DNA from: Bilabrum cf. latius
Lineage: Eukaryota
DNA length: 64,000 nt
Assembly: GCA_965178125.1 (NCBI GenBank)
Contig: OZ237743.1
Coordinates: forward strand, 992,001-1,056,000
Direction of reading: 5' to 3'
In this document: one piece after another, positions 1-11,694 of the stretch
Layout of the letters: every line of letters starts with the position of its first letter
How positions within the stretch are numbered: position 1 is the stretch's first letter
The notes under the pieces: generated by a model
What the model was told of the DNA's origin: nothing
The model's input: the letters and a program-made list of their open reading frames with translations, nothing else
Databases searched by the model: none
Translations under genes and position numbers: made by a program

Positions 1-579
1 TGCAGGGCTCACAGAAGGCAGCATGGTCTCGCACGCGTCGATGATCCTAAGCATGCGAGAAGACAGCACACTCGGCCAAGGCGCGTTCATTTTCGAATAC
101 TACCTTAGTCCAGCCAAAATGCTGCGAGCGGTTGCACCTTTGGCCGCTAGCTCTGGCGCGAAAGGAGTGACCGTGGACTTCGAGGGTTCGTGAATTTGCC
201 GGCTAGTTCTTCCGCTTTCAACGGTAGATAAGGCCAGTGCAAACAGTCTGCGAAGTACAATTATAGTAGATCTCTCAATCTTTGGCCCGTAGCGACGGGA
301 CAGCTCCAAGCATTGGCCACTTAGAGACGATACGGCGCCAAGGCCGGCAAGTGCTGTTGATGTCTCGGCCAAATCGCTCCCAGTAGAATGAACACGGTGC
401 CCCCCTTGCCCCAAGTGCTCGGCCAGGACCGTTAGACTACATATACTTAGATCAAGTGGCAAGCTTTCCGTTGCCCCTGCGTCCTTAAGAGGCACTGACG
501 GAGCAGATCGTCCTTGAGGCTGCTGCGGTGGCGACAATTCCGGCACTGCTTCGCTGCTAAGCGACAAGTTGCAGCCCAT
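1..579 (-). CDS. Hypothetical protein, 3' end outside window; N-terminal MGCxxS acylation-like motif
   Basis: ORF 100..579 starts MGCNLS. Its 'stop' at 100-102 is TAG and the frame stays open to position 1. Upstream in-frame TGA at 607-609. Confidence 0.55.
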
Positions 580-1121
580 GACACCTTGCTAGTTCGGTTT
601 CTTGATTCAGACAAAACTAGTATTTGTCCGACAACTAAGCTACGACTCTCTCGTAGCGTCGTGTTGAATATGGGGTTGATCAAGGCACTTTCGAGCCGGA
701 TTGCGCTACTCAATCCACTCAAGGTACACGTCACTTTATAAATGGAAGCCAGACTGTTGCCGGTCTTCGCGGTTAACTCAACGAATGTGTTTTCTCGAGC
801 AGTGATTGAGAATATCTCTAGCAACTATCTAATAAACAAGGATATACCGCGCATGGCTGCGCGATATCGTTCGGTACCGCGAGGGAACGTGGATCGCGTA
901 CCTGGAGACAATCAAGCGATGCCCTGCAGCAAGACATACAACGGAAAGGGTAGGCGTAGATATCTACTTATTCTTTTATCCCAAGTCAATCCTGTGGTTG
1001 AATGCCCCTTGCGATGCAAGTGAAACTGGCTCTACGTGGCTGACTGTTCGTGGACTTCACAAGCAAAATTGGATTGAGCTACGCCGAGGTCAGTCAAACT
1101 GTACGATGAACGCGTATGCTT

Positions 1122-4100
1122 TTATCCGGTGTCATCCGCGGCATATTCGTCGGCCTTTTGGATCTCATCCGCCTGCTGCTGCAGCTGCTCGGCAGTTTGC
1201 GGCATCGCGATACGAGTGCCGATCACTGCGTTTCCGAAGTGTATAGCTCGCTCCGCTGGCGTCAGATGCATCCAGATGCGATGCTCTCGCTGTAGATTTG
1301 ACTGGCCCACCTGCCAGAGCATTTCGTGTTCCCACTGGCCGCTGGTGGTGCCATGCTTGCCGTCCTGGATTAACAGCGCCAAGCTCGCGGGTTCGAATCC
1401 CAGTGATTCAAACGCGCGAGCCATCCTCCTGTGCCTCACGGCATGCCACAGCCGCAACCCTGTCCCCGCCTGAGGTGCTACCGGCATACCTTGCGCAGGA
1501 TCGAGCGCCCGCGCGACGGCCCTCATTCTCGCCAGCTCTTTCCTCTGCTGCCGCGTGAGACGAGCACGAGCAGCTGAAGGGGTGTCAGGGGAGGCACCGT
1601 TTCGTGCGGCTGGAGACTCACCCTCATTGCTGGCTACCCTTGCTCTCTCCTAGAGGTTCCCCAACCCCCCCGACTCGAAGGAGTCCCACTCGTCACCCTC
1701 AACACCGCCATCCTAGCCGACCCCATCCCCTACCAAGTCCGGGTCCAGCACCCGCACCAGGGGGTCTTCCCCCTATAGCCCGTCACTCTCTTCTGCGATA
1801 CCTAGCTCATAAATCCCGCCGTCCAGCCACGCATCGTACTCGTGCATCCCATCCTCGCGAAGAGGCACGTCTTCAACCGCATTCCCATCCCCGGCCCCAT
1901 CCCACTTGCTCCGGACCCACTTGAGCAGAGGGCCCATCCACCCCGCCGATCCGTCCCCATTGCCACCGCCGCCCTTCGCTGCAGTGCCGTGCATCACACT
2001 CAGCGACCGCAGTATAGCTGCCTTATCCCCCTGCGTCCCGCCCCACGACCCTGAATGAAACGCGGCCCGGCTGGCGTTCACACGCCTGTAGTGCTCGAGC
2101 AGAGCACGCCTGTACCTGTCTGCAATTTCCCGCAGCCGCAGCCTCGCCGCCCTCAAGCCGCCCCCTCCCTTTCCCTCTCCCCCCACCCCTCGCTCAGCCT
2201 CCGAAGCCCAGGGGTCGAGCACCGCCGTTGCCCTCCGCCTGTCCCACATCCCCAGCTCAACCTTCCTGAGCTCAGGGTGCATCTGCAGACCGTCGCTGCC
2301 CACCTGCAGCGGCTTGTCCCACAAGTTGATGCCCCTGCGCTGCAGCTCCATGATGAGGTCGCCTGTGGGCACCACTTCCCTTCCCACCCGGATGGCCTCA
2401 TCGTCTCCCTCTCCATTGGTTCCACTTCCACCGGTGGGCTCCGCACCCGCCACAACGGCGCCATCGGGCGACCCAGCGAGCTTCGCCGCGCCGTCCTCGT
2501 CGTCCTCGTCGTCTTCTGCCTGAAGCACTTCGTCCTCTTGCAGCGATTGGGCTTCCTCCTGCTCCCGTTCCAGCTTGAGTCTCGATGACTTCCCGGGTCT
2601 TGCTCTTGCTGAACCAGCATTGGATGCCCTTGAATCCTCCGTATTGTCGCCCTGCCGCACCACCCTCACAGTCCGTGCATCAGCACCAGTAGAAGACCTA
2701 ACGCTGTGCAGGGGCACCAGCCACGGCTCGACCTCTGCTCGCACCGTCTCTCTGAGGCGAAGGAGCATCTGTGGCACGGTGCAGCGGATGGGGGGCCAAG
2801 GGGTGGTGGTGCCTGCAGTCGCCCCTTCGCGAGGCGATAGTTGTGCCTCGCGACCGGCTGCAAGACCGGTGCTCTCTGGCTTAGTACCCGCGCATGTTTC
2901 CACTGGATCCTCACCGGGGTCCAGCACTGGAGGGGCATGGAGAAATGGCCTCTTCAGTGGAGCCACGGCACCGGAGACCGGCCTGCGAGGCACCCACGGG
3001 GGCAGCGAGGCGACAGCAGCTACTGCCAGGCGAGTGCCGGTCACATGATCCCCGGCCGCTCGATGGAGGGCACCGAGGGCATCTGCCACGCACCTCTTCA
3101 CGGCGGAATTACTTTGCGATCGTGCCGTACTCTTATCATCGTCATCCACATCGCCGTCATCGTACCGGCCGAGCGCTTCGCGATGCGCCTGGCTCTCTTC
3201 GGATGCACTGCTCGAGTCGTTCAGAAGCCCCAAGCCGTCCGCCAGCTCGCAGAGCCCAGAGGCCCACTGTCGCCTGGTTTGCTGCACCAAAGCGAGCGCC
3301 TCCGCGGTGGGCAGCTTGGAGAGAGGCGAGTCTGCACGGGGCATGCCGTGCCCAGGCAGCACGATGGCAGCTCCGCTGGGCAGCGCGCCGGCGTGCGACA
3401 GCACCAACGTGCGCCCGTCGGGGAGGCTGATGTTTCGCGTGAAGGAGTGGAGCGCCTCTCGCAGCGTCACGTTCATCATGAGACCGATGTCGCTGTAGCC
3501 GAGCGTGCCCGCCATCGCGTTCAAGTCACCGGACGGCGGTGTTCCTCCTGCCTCTATGTACCCCGGCAACGACTCGTGCAGGGGTCTCCCAGGGAGCTCG
3601 CCGCGGTCTCCACTACTGCTGTCACCGCCGATGCCGTGTGCTCCCGCGCCCCCCAGTTCGTCTCGTTGCAGCATTGCAGCAGCTGGGTGCACCTGTTTAA
3701 ACCACGCCTGCACCTCCTGCTCCCACCTCCGCCAGTCCTGCCTCCTCTCCGCCTCCTTCTCGTAGCTGGCACCCCGCACGAACTGAGACACCGCAGTAAG
3801 TCGGGCCGTTCTGGCTGCCGCGAGGTCTCTCGATCCCAGCCGACCCAGCCCCTGCACCAGCGCCCTCTCCTTCTCCGCCTCCTCGCCAGACTCGTCCGGT
3901 CCGTTGGGCACGTCTTTGGACAGGACAACCTTCACTCTCACGTCCCCGTCGCGACGGAACGGGTGCCCGTCCGGCCCCCCCTCCCCCTTGAGCACCTCTG
4001 AGTGCCCCGAGAGGACCCCCGCGGGCACCAGCACAGACACCTGGTGGTCACCCTCCACGAACCTTCGGCCGCCGCACACCGGACAGGCGTGCTCATGAGC

Positions 4101-6035
4101 ATGGAACACGTTGCCGAAGCCGCCGCACCGGTGGCAGGTCCCGCTGTACGTCGCCGAAGACCTTGGCGTGTGCTCCACGCTGCTCTCTGACGGGGCATAC
4201 ATCTTGCCGTGCTCTTCCGTCGCCCGGGCCTCGCTTGCTGCCAGCACGCCGTGAGACGCGCCAGTCCCCGCGCACACGGGACACACGTGAGAATGTTCCT
4301 CGGAGGCAGCACCCCGCCCGCCGCAGGCAGGACACCTGTACAGCCTCCCAGGCAGCACGAACGAGAAGTTCCTCGCGGCGAATGCGTCGGCCTCGTTGAG
4401 CACGATCGACACGTCAAACCCCCTCGCGTCGGGCAATTCATCCGGCCCCGCCCCCCCAGGGCGGCCCCTCCGCAGGGTGAACCGAGCAGAGGCCCCACAC
4501 GCCGAGGCCAGGACATCCATGCGGGCGGCTGCATCGCCTTTCGGCCGGGCCTTTGGTGTGGGTCGGGGCTGTTGCTGCTGCTTGTGATCCCGGCCCCTTT
4601 CAAAAGACTCGCCTCTAGGCCCTCCTGCCTCTTCTGCCCCGCCTTGCTGGGCCTGTTTGGGCGTACCAAATCCCGCATAGGTGGGATATGATGCCCAGTC
4701 CTACCACCCGCCCCCATCCGAATCGCCAGACCCATCCCCTGACCCGATAGCACCGGGCCTGTCCCTTGCTGCCCCCGCGCTCGCGCTCACTAGGTCTGGG
4801 ATCTGGCTCCCGCTCGCACCATTCACATGATTACCATTGTCCTGATCTCCATCTTCCTCCAACCAGCCCGGCCTCTCGCCCCCCTCCCCGCCCTCAGCAC
4901 CGCCCTCCCCTTCGCCCAGGTCTGGCCTCCAGTGCCCCGACCTGACCTGCTTGCATGCCTGATCCATATCTCCGTGCCAGGCCTGCTCCCCCACTGCCTG
5001 CCTGCCCAGCATTCCCACGGCCATGGACACCTCTGCATCCTCCAGCTCGTCACCCCTGGAGCAGTGCTTGCCTTCCAGCCTGTGCTGCAGGTGGGTGACC
5101 AGGAGCTCTGCCACCACGCGGCCCCTCCACCCCCCGTCCCACCTGCTGCTCTCGTCGATGCCCTCCTTGCTCCCGTTGTCCACCCATCCGTCGTCTCCTG
5201 GCAGCAAAATGTACCCGCTTCGAGGCAGGCCCTGGGGAGGCCGCTTGAAGCCAGACCGCAGACGGAGAGCAGACCCGATCGGCGCCCTCGCCACCACGTA
5301 CTTGCCCGGGGGAACAACGGCGACTGCTCGCTCTACGAAATCGCTACCCACTTCCATGACCACGAGGGGCTGCTGCGTGGCTGGCTTGGCTCCTGGCAGA
5401 GGGGTCGGGTCTGGTGGCGGCTCCTTCTGTTGCTGCTGCTGTTGCGACGGCGGTGGGGGTGGCTTCTGGCGGTCCCATCGCAGGGCGTGCGAAAGGACTC
5501 TCGCTGGCGGGGGCACCATGCTTGCAAACGATACAGGGTCGATGCAACCCGACGTGGTCCGGTTCGCCACATGTGGCCCTGCTGTGCCGTTCGAACACTC
5601 GGCAAACTGCGCCTGAATACGTGCTGCCTCAAGCGCTGCTGCCGAATGCGGCTCATCGTTGCCGATGTGCTACAAATCATTCACTATGGTGACTTCGGAA
5701 ACGACGCCAGCCTGCTGCTCCAGTGATGCCAACACAACTTGCATCCAGCCATCCCGACCGGCGTCGCTCACGAGGTCTGCTGGAGGCCCAGAGCGGTACA
5801 GCTGTCGAAGGACAGATGCTGCCTAAGAAAGGGCAGATACTCTAGTGCCGGGATTCTACAGTTTGGATGGAGGAATCTGTCGAAGAGCGTGCAGCTGCGG
5901 GCGGCATCGAGGGGGAGCTGGAGGAGCGCCCACTGTCAGATCCAGAGCCACTGCGCTTGGCTCCTCTCCTTCTACGTAGGGTGCCTTCAGACCTACAAAC
6001 AATGAAATAGTACACACAATCCAAGCGACTTTCAT
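1122..6035 (-). CDS. Large DnaJ-like protein (signal peptide, zinc finger, C-terminal domain; no J domain seen), ~1637 aa
   Basis: ORFs 5856..6104, 4701..5570, 1773..4520 and 1122..1526 share one frame, separated only by 7 TAGs (5856, 5823, 5670, 4701, 1773, 1713, 1650); ends TAA at 1122. MKVAWIVCTISLFVGL signal peptide; CPACGGRG, CPVCAGTG, CHRCGGFG, CPVCGGRR; DnaJ C-terminal-like VTLREALHSF and LPGHGMP. Confidence 0.8.
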
Positions 6036-6178
6036 CGCTTCACTCAGTGAATCCGATCGAGCAGAACTTCCAACGCCAATACAGTGCACTGCAGCTGCAC
6101 CCACCCGTCGGCAGCCCGCCTGCTAGCCGCAGGTTCCGGCACAAAGCGGGCTACGGGAACAATACACCCCACCGCCAA

Positions 6179-7721
6179 TCACCCGCTGGGCGTGAACACC
6201 GTGCTCTGCTCCCCCTCGATCACGCTCTGGAGGTCTTTGGCCGTCTTCCCGATGGCCCCTCCCTGCAGCGAACCGAGCACGTCACCCGAGCACTTGCTCA
6301 GGGCCTCACCGATCTCCCCGGTCGTCATAGCCGCCACCTGCAGCGGCTCCCCGGCGCACACCAGCGTCCCAATCCCCACCATGCAGTTCTGGACTCGGAG
6401 CCCAAAGTCTTTCACGGCGGGGTCCTCCGCCGCGCCCTCGCCCGCAGCTGCCGCAGCCTTCTCGAGCCGCTTGGTCGAGCCATCCAGCTCGACCGCCAGC
6501 ATTCCCATCACATCGCCGCCGAGACCCTCCACCCACTCCGGCAGCGCATGCTCGTCCCCGCTGGACCATCGGAAGCCCTGCACGGCCGCGGCAAAGTTCA
6601 CCAGGATGGCCGTGCCAGCCGCACCCGCTGCCGCCTTGCTCTGCTTGAGCAGCGCAGGCACCGCCACCGTGAGCACCTGCTCGGCCCGGGCCCGGGCACC
6701 GGCGTCCTCCCCCACGAGCAGCTGCCTCGAGGCATGGTGGCTAAACACGTTCGTCAAGGCGCGCCCTGCCACGATCCTCAGGCCTGCGCTCGCCTCTTCG
6801 CTCGAGACGGCTCGCACCGCCACCCCCACCACGTCCTCCACCTCCACCTGTCCTCCCGCTGCTGTGGACGCACCGCTCCCTGCCCCGCCAGTGGCCGCTC
6901 CAGACGCGGAGGGCGGCGGGCCCCCCGCGTGCTTGGCCGCCATGGCCGCCCCGGCCGGGTGGGTGAGCGTCTTCCTCACGAGGTCTAGGGCGGGCGCCAG
7001 GGCAGCGATGGGCCACCGGAGGAGCTTGCCGAAGATCACGCGGGAGGCGTCATCCGGAAGCTTGGATGCGTGGTACCTGCTGACGTCATCGAGCACGTCT
7101 GCCGCTGCCTTGATGGTCGCAAGGTCCTTGGCTTCCAGGGCCAGAGAGGGGTCCGATTTTGCGACCACCTCGCTCTTCGCCTTGAGAGCTGCTTGAAGCT
7201 TGGTGAAATCCACCGGGAGCACCTTGAGAGGGGTAGAGCAAGGGAAGCCGGAGAACGTCGCGGCCCTGGGCTTGGGCGGGGGGGTGAGCCGCACCGGACG
7301 CCCAGAAGCCGCCTCGACGGCGGCAATGATTCTACGCTCGTCGGCTCCCTTGATGGCGTCGCCGATCTATCGACCGTCCTTGCACACGAAAAAGCTAGGC
7401 ATGCTCCTTACTCCAAACATCGCTTGCAGATCAGGCGACTGGTCGACGTCAAACTTGAGCCAGAGCAGCCCCGGCCTCGTGTTGTACGAAGCAAGCTCGG
7501 CAAATCGCGGAGCGTATCGTTTGCACGGGCCGCACCAACTGTGTCCAATTGAAGGAGGTATACTAGATCAGAAAGCGCCTCACAAAACCAATACAATAGA
7601 GCATACTGGCGTTGTACACAACGTAGGCTCACGTAGCGAAGGCATCAATCACAGCGACGGCCCCAGGGTTCTATTCAAATACTTCCTTGAATTCGTCAAC
7701 AGATGCGATCATTCGTACCAT
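6179..7721 (-). CDS. Thioredoxin plus PUL-like domain protein (exons 7721-7633, 7538-6179)
   Basis: Splicing GTGAGC..CAG intron 7632-7539 gives VIDAFAT|WCGPCK, then KFDVDQ..FGVRSMPSFFVCKDGR*IG, running into ORF 6179..7294 (LLRWPIAALAPALDLVR, PUL/armadillo-like). TAGs at 7671 and 7367; ends TGA. Confidence 0.8.
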
Positions 7722-7838
7722 GGTAAACGCAAGAAAGTGTCCATTCTTGCGGGCCCGTCATGCGCCGAAAAACGTCCGGAATTGAATTGTTGATGCACTT
7801 GCCTCGAGGAACCAGTCAGACCTGCATATTCGGCCATA

Positions 7839-10133
7839 ATGATGCGACGATTGGCTCGACGAGTAAATGTGTAGGAATTATGGCACAGAAATTTACCTAG
7901 GATAGCTACTGGTCCGACCATGTCTGCTTGTAGCGGTATGCACAGGAGTTTCTCGGCAACCGCCTCCAGCAGCAGCCCAGAGCGTGACTTGACCCGCATC
8001 CGCAATGTTGCCGTCATTGCCCACGTAGATCACGGAAAGACGACTCTGGTCGATAAACTCTTGCAGAGCGCGGGGACTGCTGTTGATATGGACCGTGCTA
8101 TGGACTCGAACGAGATTGAAAGGGAGCGCGGCATCACGGTGTTTAGCAAGGTCTGCGGGCTTGACTGGAGGGCAGCACCGGATGCTGGCGAGGATGGACC
8201 GAAGCTGTCATTCAATCTTGTGGATTCCCCGGGCCACGCAGATTTTGGCGGCGAGGTGGAGCGAATCCAAAGCATGGTAGACGCAGTGATTCTTGTCGTG
8301 TGCGCGAGGGAGGGGCCCATGGCCCAGACGAGGTACGTATTGGAGAAGGCACTCCGGGCCGGGCACAAGCCGATCCTTGTTGTGAACAAGGCGGACCGCC
8401 CGGACGCAAGGAACGAAGAGGTGCCGGACGAGGTCCTTGACCTGATGATGGGACTAGACGCCACGGAGGAGCAGCTCGAGTTCCCGGTGCTGTACGCGTC
8501 TGCCAAGGAGGGCTGGGCCACCGAGGACCCTGCCATGGCCCCTGAGTCCATCGCCAGGGGCATGGAGCCCCTACTAGACGCCATGGTCAAGCACACACCC
8601 CCGCCCCGCGTGGTCCTGAGGGGGGAGGACCTAAACAACACGGACAACCCAGCGGAGGGCATGAACCAGGAGGACCTCAAGGCCAGGGCCGAGGCAGCGG
8701 CCAGCGAGCCCTTCCGCATGCTTGTCACGCAGATCGCCGTGGACCCCTTCGTGGGCAAGCTGGCCCGCGGGCGGGTCACCGCGGGGCGGGTCGCGATGGG
8801 CGACGCTGTGCGGCTGGTGCGCCGCACGGGGGGGGTCAAGGAAGACGATTGCGCGGTCACTAGGGTGCAGTGCCCCAGCGGGCTGGGCGTGGCACCGAGA
8901 GATTACGCCCTGGCCGGCGACGTGGTGGAGCTGGCGGGCGTGTCGCTGGCACGGCCGACCGACACGATCGTGTGCGCGGGCTGGGACGAGCAGGCGGACG
9001 GGCCCCCGCAGCTGCCCGCCACCCCGATCGACCCCCCGGTTCTTAGCATGATGATCGGCGTGAACGACTCCCCGCTGGCAGGGAAGGAGGGCTCTGAGCT
9101 GACGGGCAGCGTGCTGCAGCGCAGGCTTGAAAAGGAGGCCGAGGGCAACGTGAGCATCCAGGTGAGGAAGCCGGGCACGTCTGTTAGCGACAAGAAGGGC
9201 GACAAGGCGGTCGCGGAGGAGGGCGAAGAGACGTCCATGGGAGGGGAGGACGACGAGGAAGCGGGCATGTGGGAGCGCGTGGATGTCGGGCCGGCCGGTG
9301 GGGGCGTGAGGGACGGCATGGAGGTCTTCGGTCGTGGCGAGCTGCAGCTGAGCGTGCTGCTCGAGACCATGCGGAGGGAGGGCTTCGAGATGAGCGTGGC
9401 GCCCCCTCGCGTTGTTCTCCGGAAGCACAGGGAGACCAAGCAGGTGCAGGAACCCTATGAGGAGGTGACGCTGGACGTCAGCGAGGACGTGTCGGGGACG
9501 ATGATTGAGGCCATGCAGCAGAGGAAGGGCGAGCTGCAGGACTTCACCACGGTGGCGGGGGGCGGCTCGGTGGGCAGCGGCAGCGGGGAGGGTGACGGTG
9601 CGAGCGGCAGGGCGCGGCTGGTCTTCCACGTGCCCTCCAGGTCTCTGCTCGGCTTTTAGGCGGAGTTCAGGTCGCTGACGAGGGGTGACGGCGTGCTGAC
9701 CCGCCGGTTTGACCACTTCGGCGACTACCACGCCGAGGCGAGGAGACAGCCCAGAGGAGTGCTGGTGAGCTCCAGCAGCGGCACGACCACCGCGCACGCG
9801 CTCAGCAGCCTAGAGGCGCGGGGGATTCTATTCGTGGGGCCCAGCACGGACGTGTACGAGGGCATGCTGATCGGGGAGTGCGCCAAGCCCTCCGACCTCG
9901 TAGTGAACCCAGTGCGGGCGAAGAAACTGACGAACGTTCGCGCCGCGGGCTCGGATGAGATGGTACGCCTCGCGCCCCCGAGGCAGGTGACCCTCGAGGA
10001 CGCCATCACGTACGTGCGGGACGATGAGCTGGTGGAGCTGACTCCCTCCTCGATCCGCATGAGGAAGAGGGTGCTGAACGCGGACAAGAGGAAGGCGGCG
10101 GCAAGGAGTGGAAGTAAGGGGGGCAGGCAGTGA
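7839..10133 (+). CDS. typA: TypA/BipA translational GTPase, probably mitochondrion-targeted
   Basis: IAHVDHGKTTLVD, ERERGIT, DSPGHADFGGEVER, NKAD, GRGELQL, C-terminal KKLTNVRAAGSDE. ORFs 7920..9659 and 9693..10133 are in frame across TAG 9657. Arg-rich presequence from ATG 7839 contains TAG 7872. Ends TGA. Confidence 0.93.
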
Positions 10134-10157
10134 TGCAGTGCAGTGCAGTGCAGTGCA
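10134..10157. repeat. (TGCAG)n microsatellite just after the typA stop
   Basis: tgcagtgcagtgcagtgcagtgca directly after TGA 10131-10133. Confidence 0.8.
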
Positions 10158-10448
10158 TTGGCATGCAGCACCGATGGACGGATAGCCATGAGTACGACAA
10201 GCGGAGCGCGGTTTATATCGATGGGCGAGCGGGGGCAGCGATGGTTGGGAAGCGGTCAATCCGATTGAGATTGGAATTGGAATTAAAATGAACAGAGACC
10301 AGGAATATTGCATACATTCACTATCGCAGCATGCGCTTTGCATGGAATCCATGGATAGATGCCAGCTGCTTACACGCGGCCCGTATTGATGAGTATAGCA
10401 CGCAGCCTCTGAGCTCTGTCACGAGCAGCCCACTGCTTGCGCCCCGGC

Positions 10449-11525
10449 TCACCGCACCAGCTTCCAGATCTCGCTACCAGCCAGCAGGAACTGCCCCACG
10501 CAGTAGTCGGTGGTGTCCGTGGGCAAGGCGGGCCCGGGGGACCCGGCTGCCTTCTGGCAGTACCCCAGGAACCCGTTCTCCTGCAGGGAGATGGAGGTGA
10601 GCCCGCGCCAGCCGTCCAGGGCCTGCTGCCGGTAGGGGTGCTCGGGCAGGATTCCCTCATTCACGCCGTACGCGAACGCAAAGGTGTTCAGTGCGGATGC
10701 CGTGGTCTCGGGGTTGGGGATCGCGTCGGCGTCGAGGAGGGCAGAGCGCCACATGCCGTCCGTGGTGTTTTGCAGGGGCGCGAGGGCGCTGGCCATCTGC
10801 TTCAGCAAGGTCTCCCACGTCTCCCTCCTGCGATCGCTGCGATCGGGCATGGCCTGCAGGATGCGGCAGGAGGACGCGATGGCCCACCCGTTTCCTCGTC
10901 CCCACATGACAGGCTTTCCGTTGGGCTCCTTCTTGCCGATGTATGTGTCGTCGCGGTAGAACAGGGAAAGGTCGCTGTCCCAGAGGTGGTACTGGCCGTA
11001 TGCGGTAGAGTTGAAGTTGGCCATGAGCTGGCTGTAGTAGGATTCGTTGCCTGAGACTAGGGCGGCCCTGGCATAAGTGGGCGCACCCATGAAGAAAGCA
11101 TCGATCCAGCTCCAGTAGTTGCCTTCAGTCTAGGCACCCAGCACGGAGAGTGTGTTCTCGATCTGGTCCTTCGTGTGACCTCCCAAATTGTAGCGATACA
11201 GATCAAGGTACGTTGCGCCGCACAGCTGATTGTTCGCGTTAGACTGGCCGCCGTGATCGTGGCTGCAGATCTGGTACTTGTTCTGGGTCGCCCATTCCAG
11301 AAGGTACGCCTGCACGCTCTCGTTCCTGGTCACCTCCCAGCGAGCAAACTCTCCAGCAATGTACGTGCCTCGAGTCCAGCCGCACTGCCAGTCCGTTGTT
11401 TGGCTCTTGAAGTAGTCGTCAGCCTTTGCCATCGAGGCAATCACATCCGCTGGCACCGGATCCTTGTAGCCCTGTGCAGCAAAAGCGAGCGTCAGAGTGG
11501 CAACAATGTACATAGTTGACTTCAT
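10449..11525 (-). CDS. Secreted glycoside hydrolase, GH105/GH88-type (unsaturated uronyl hydrolase)
   Basis: Signal peptide MKSTMYIVATLTLAFAAQG; WTRGTY; YWSWIDAFFMGAP just after TAG 11130; WGRGNGW; LQNTTDGMW; ETTASA; YCVGQFLLAGSE. Intronless; ends TGA. Confidence 0.85.
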
Positions 11526-11694
11526 GGCGCAGCTCGGCCTCGTATGAAGCAGAAATCTGGCTATCGGCTCAACTGCAACTGGTCGACGCGCTGCAATTGA
11601 AACGTGTGTTTTCCAATCTGACAATCGAATCCGATTTTGATGCATGCCAGAGCGCGGCCAGACTACCTCCATAAGAATAGGCACAGCACGCAGC

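Noticed and set aside
7920-11525. Bacterial contamination suggested by typA and GH105
   Set aside because: Both carry targeting peptides and in-frame TAGs and are flanked by intron-containing eukaryotic genes.
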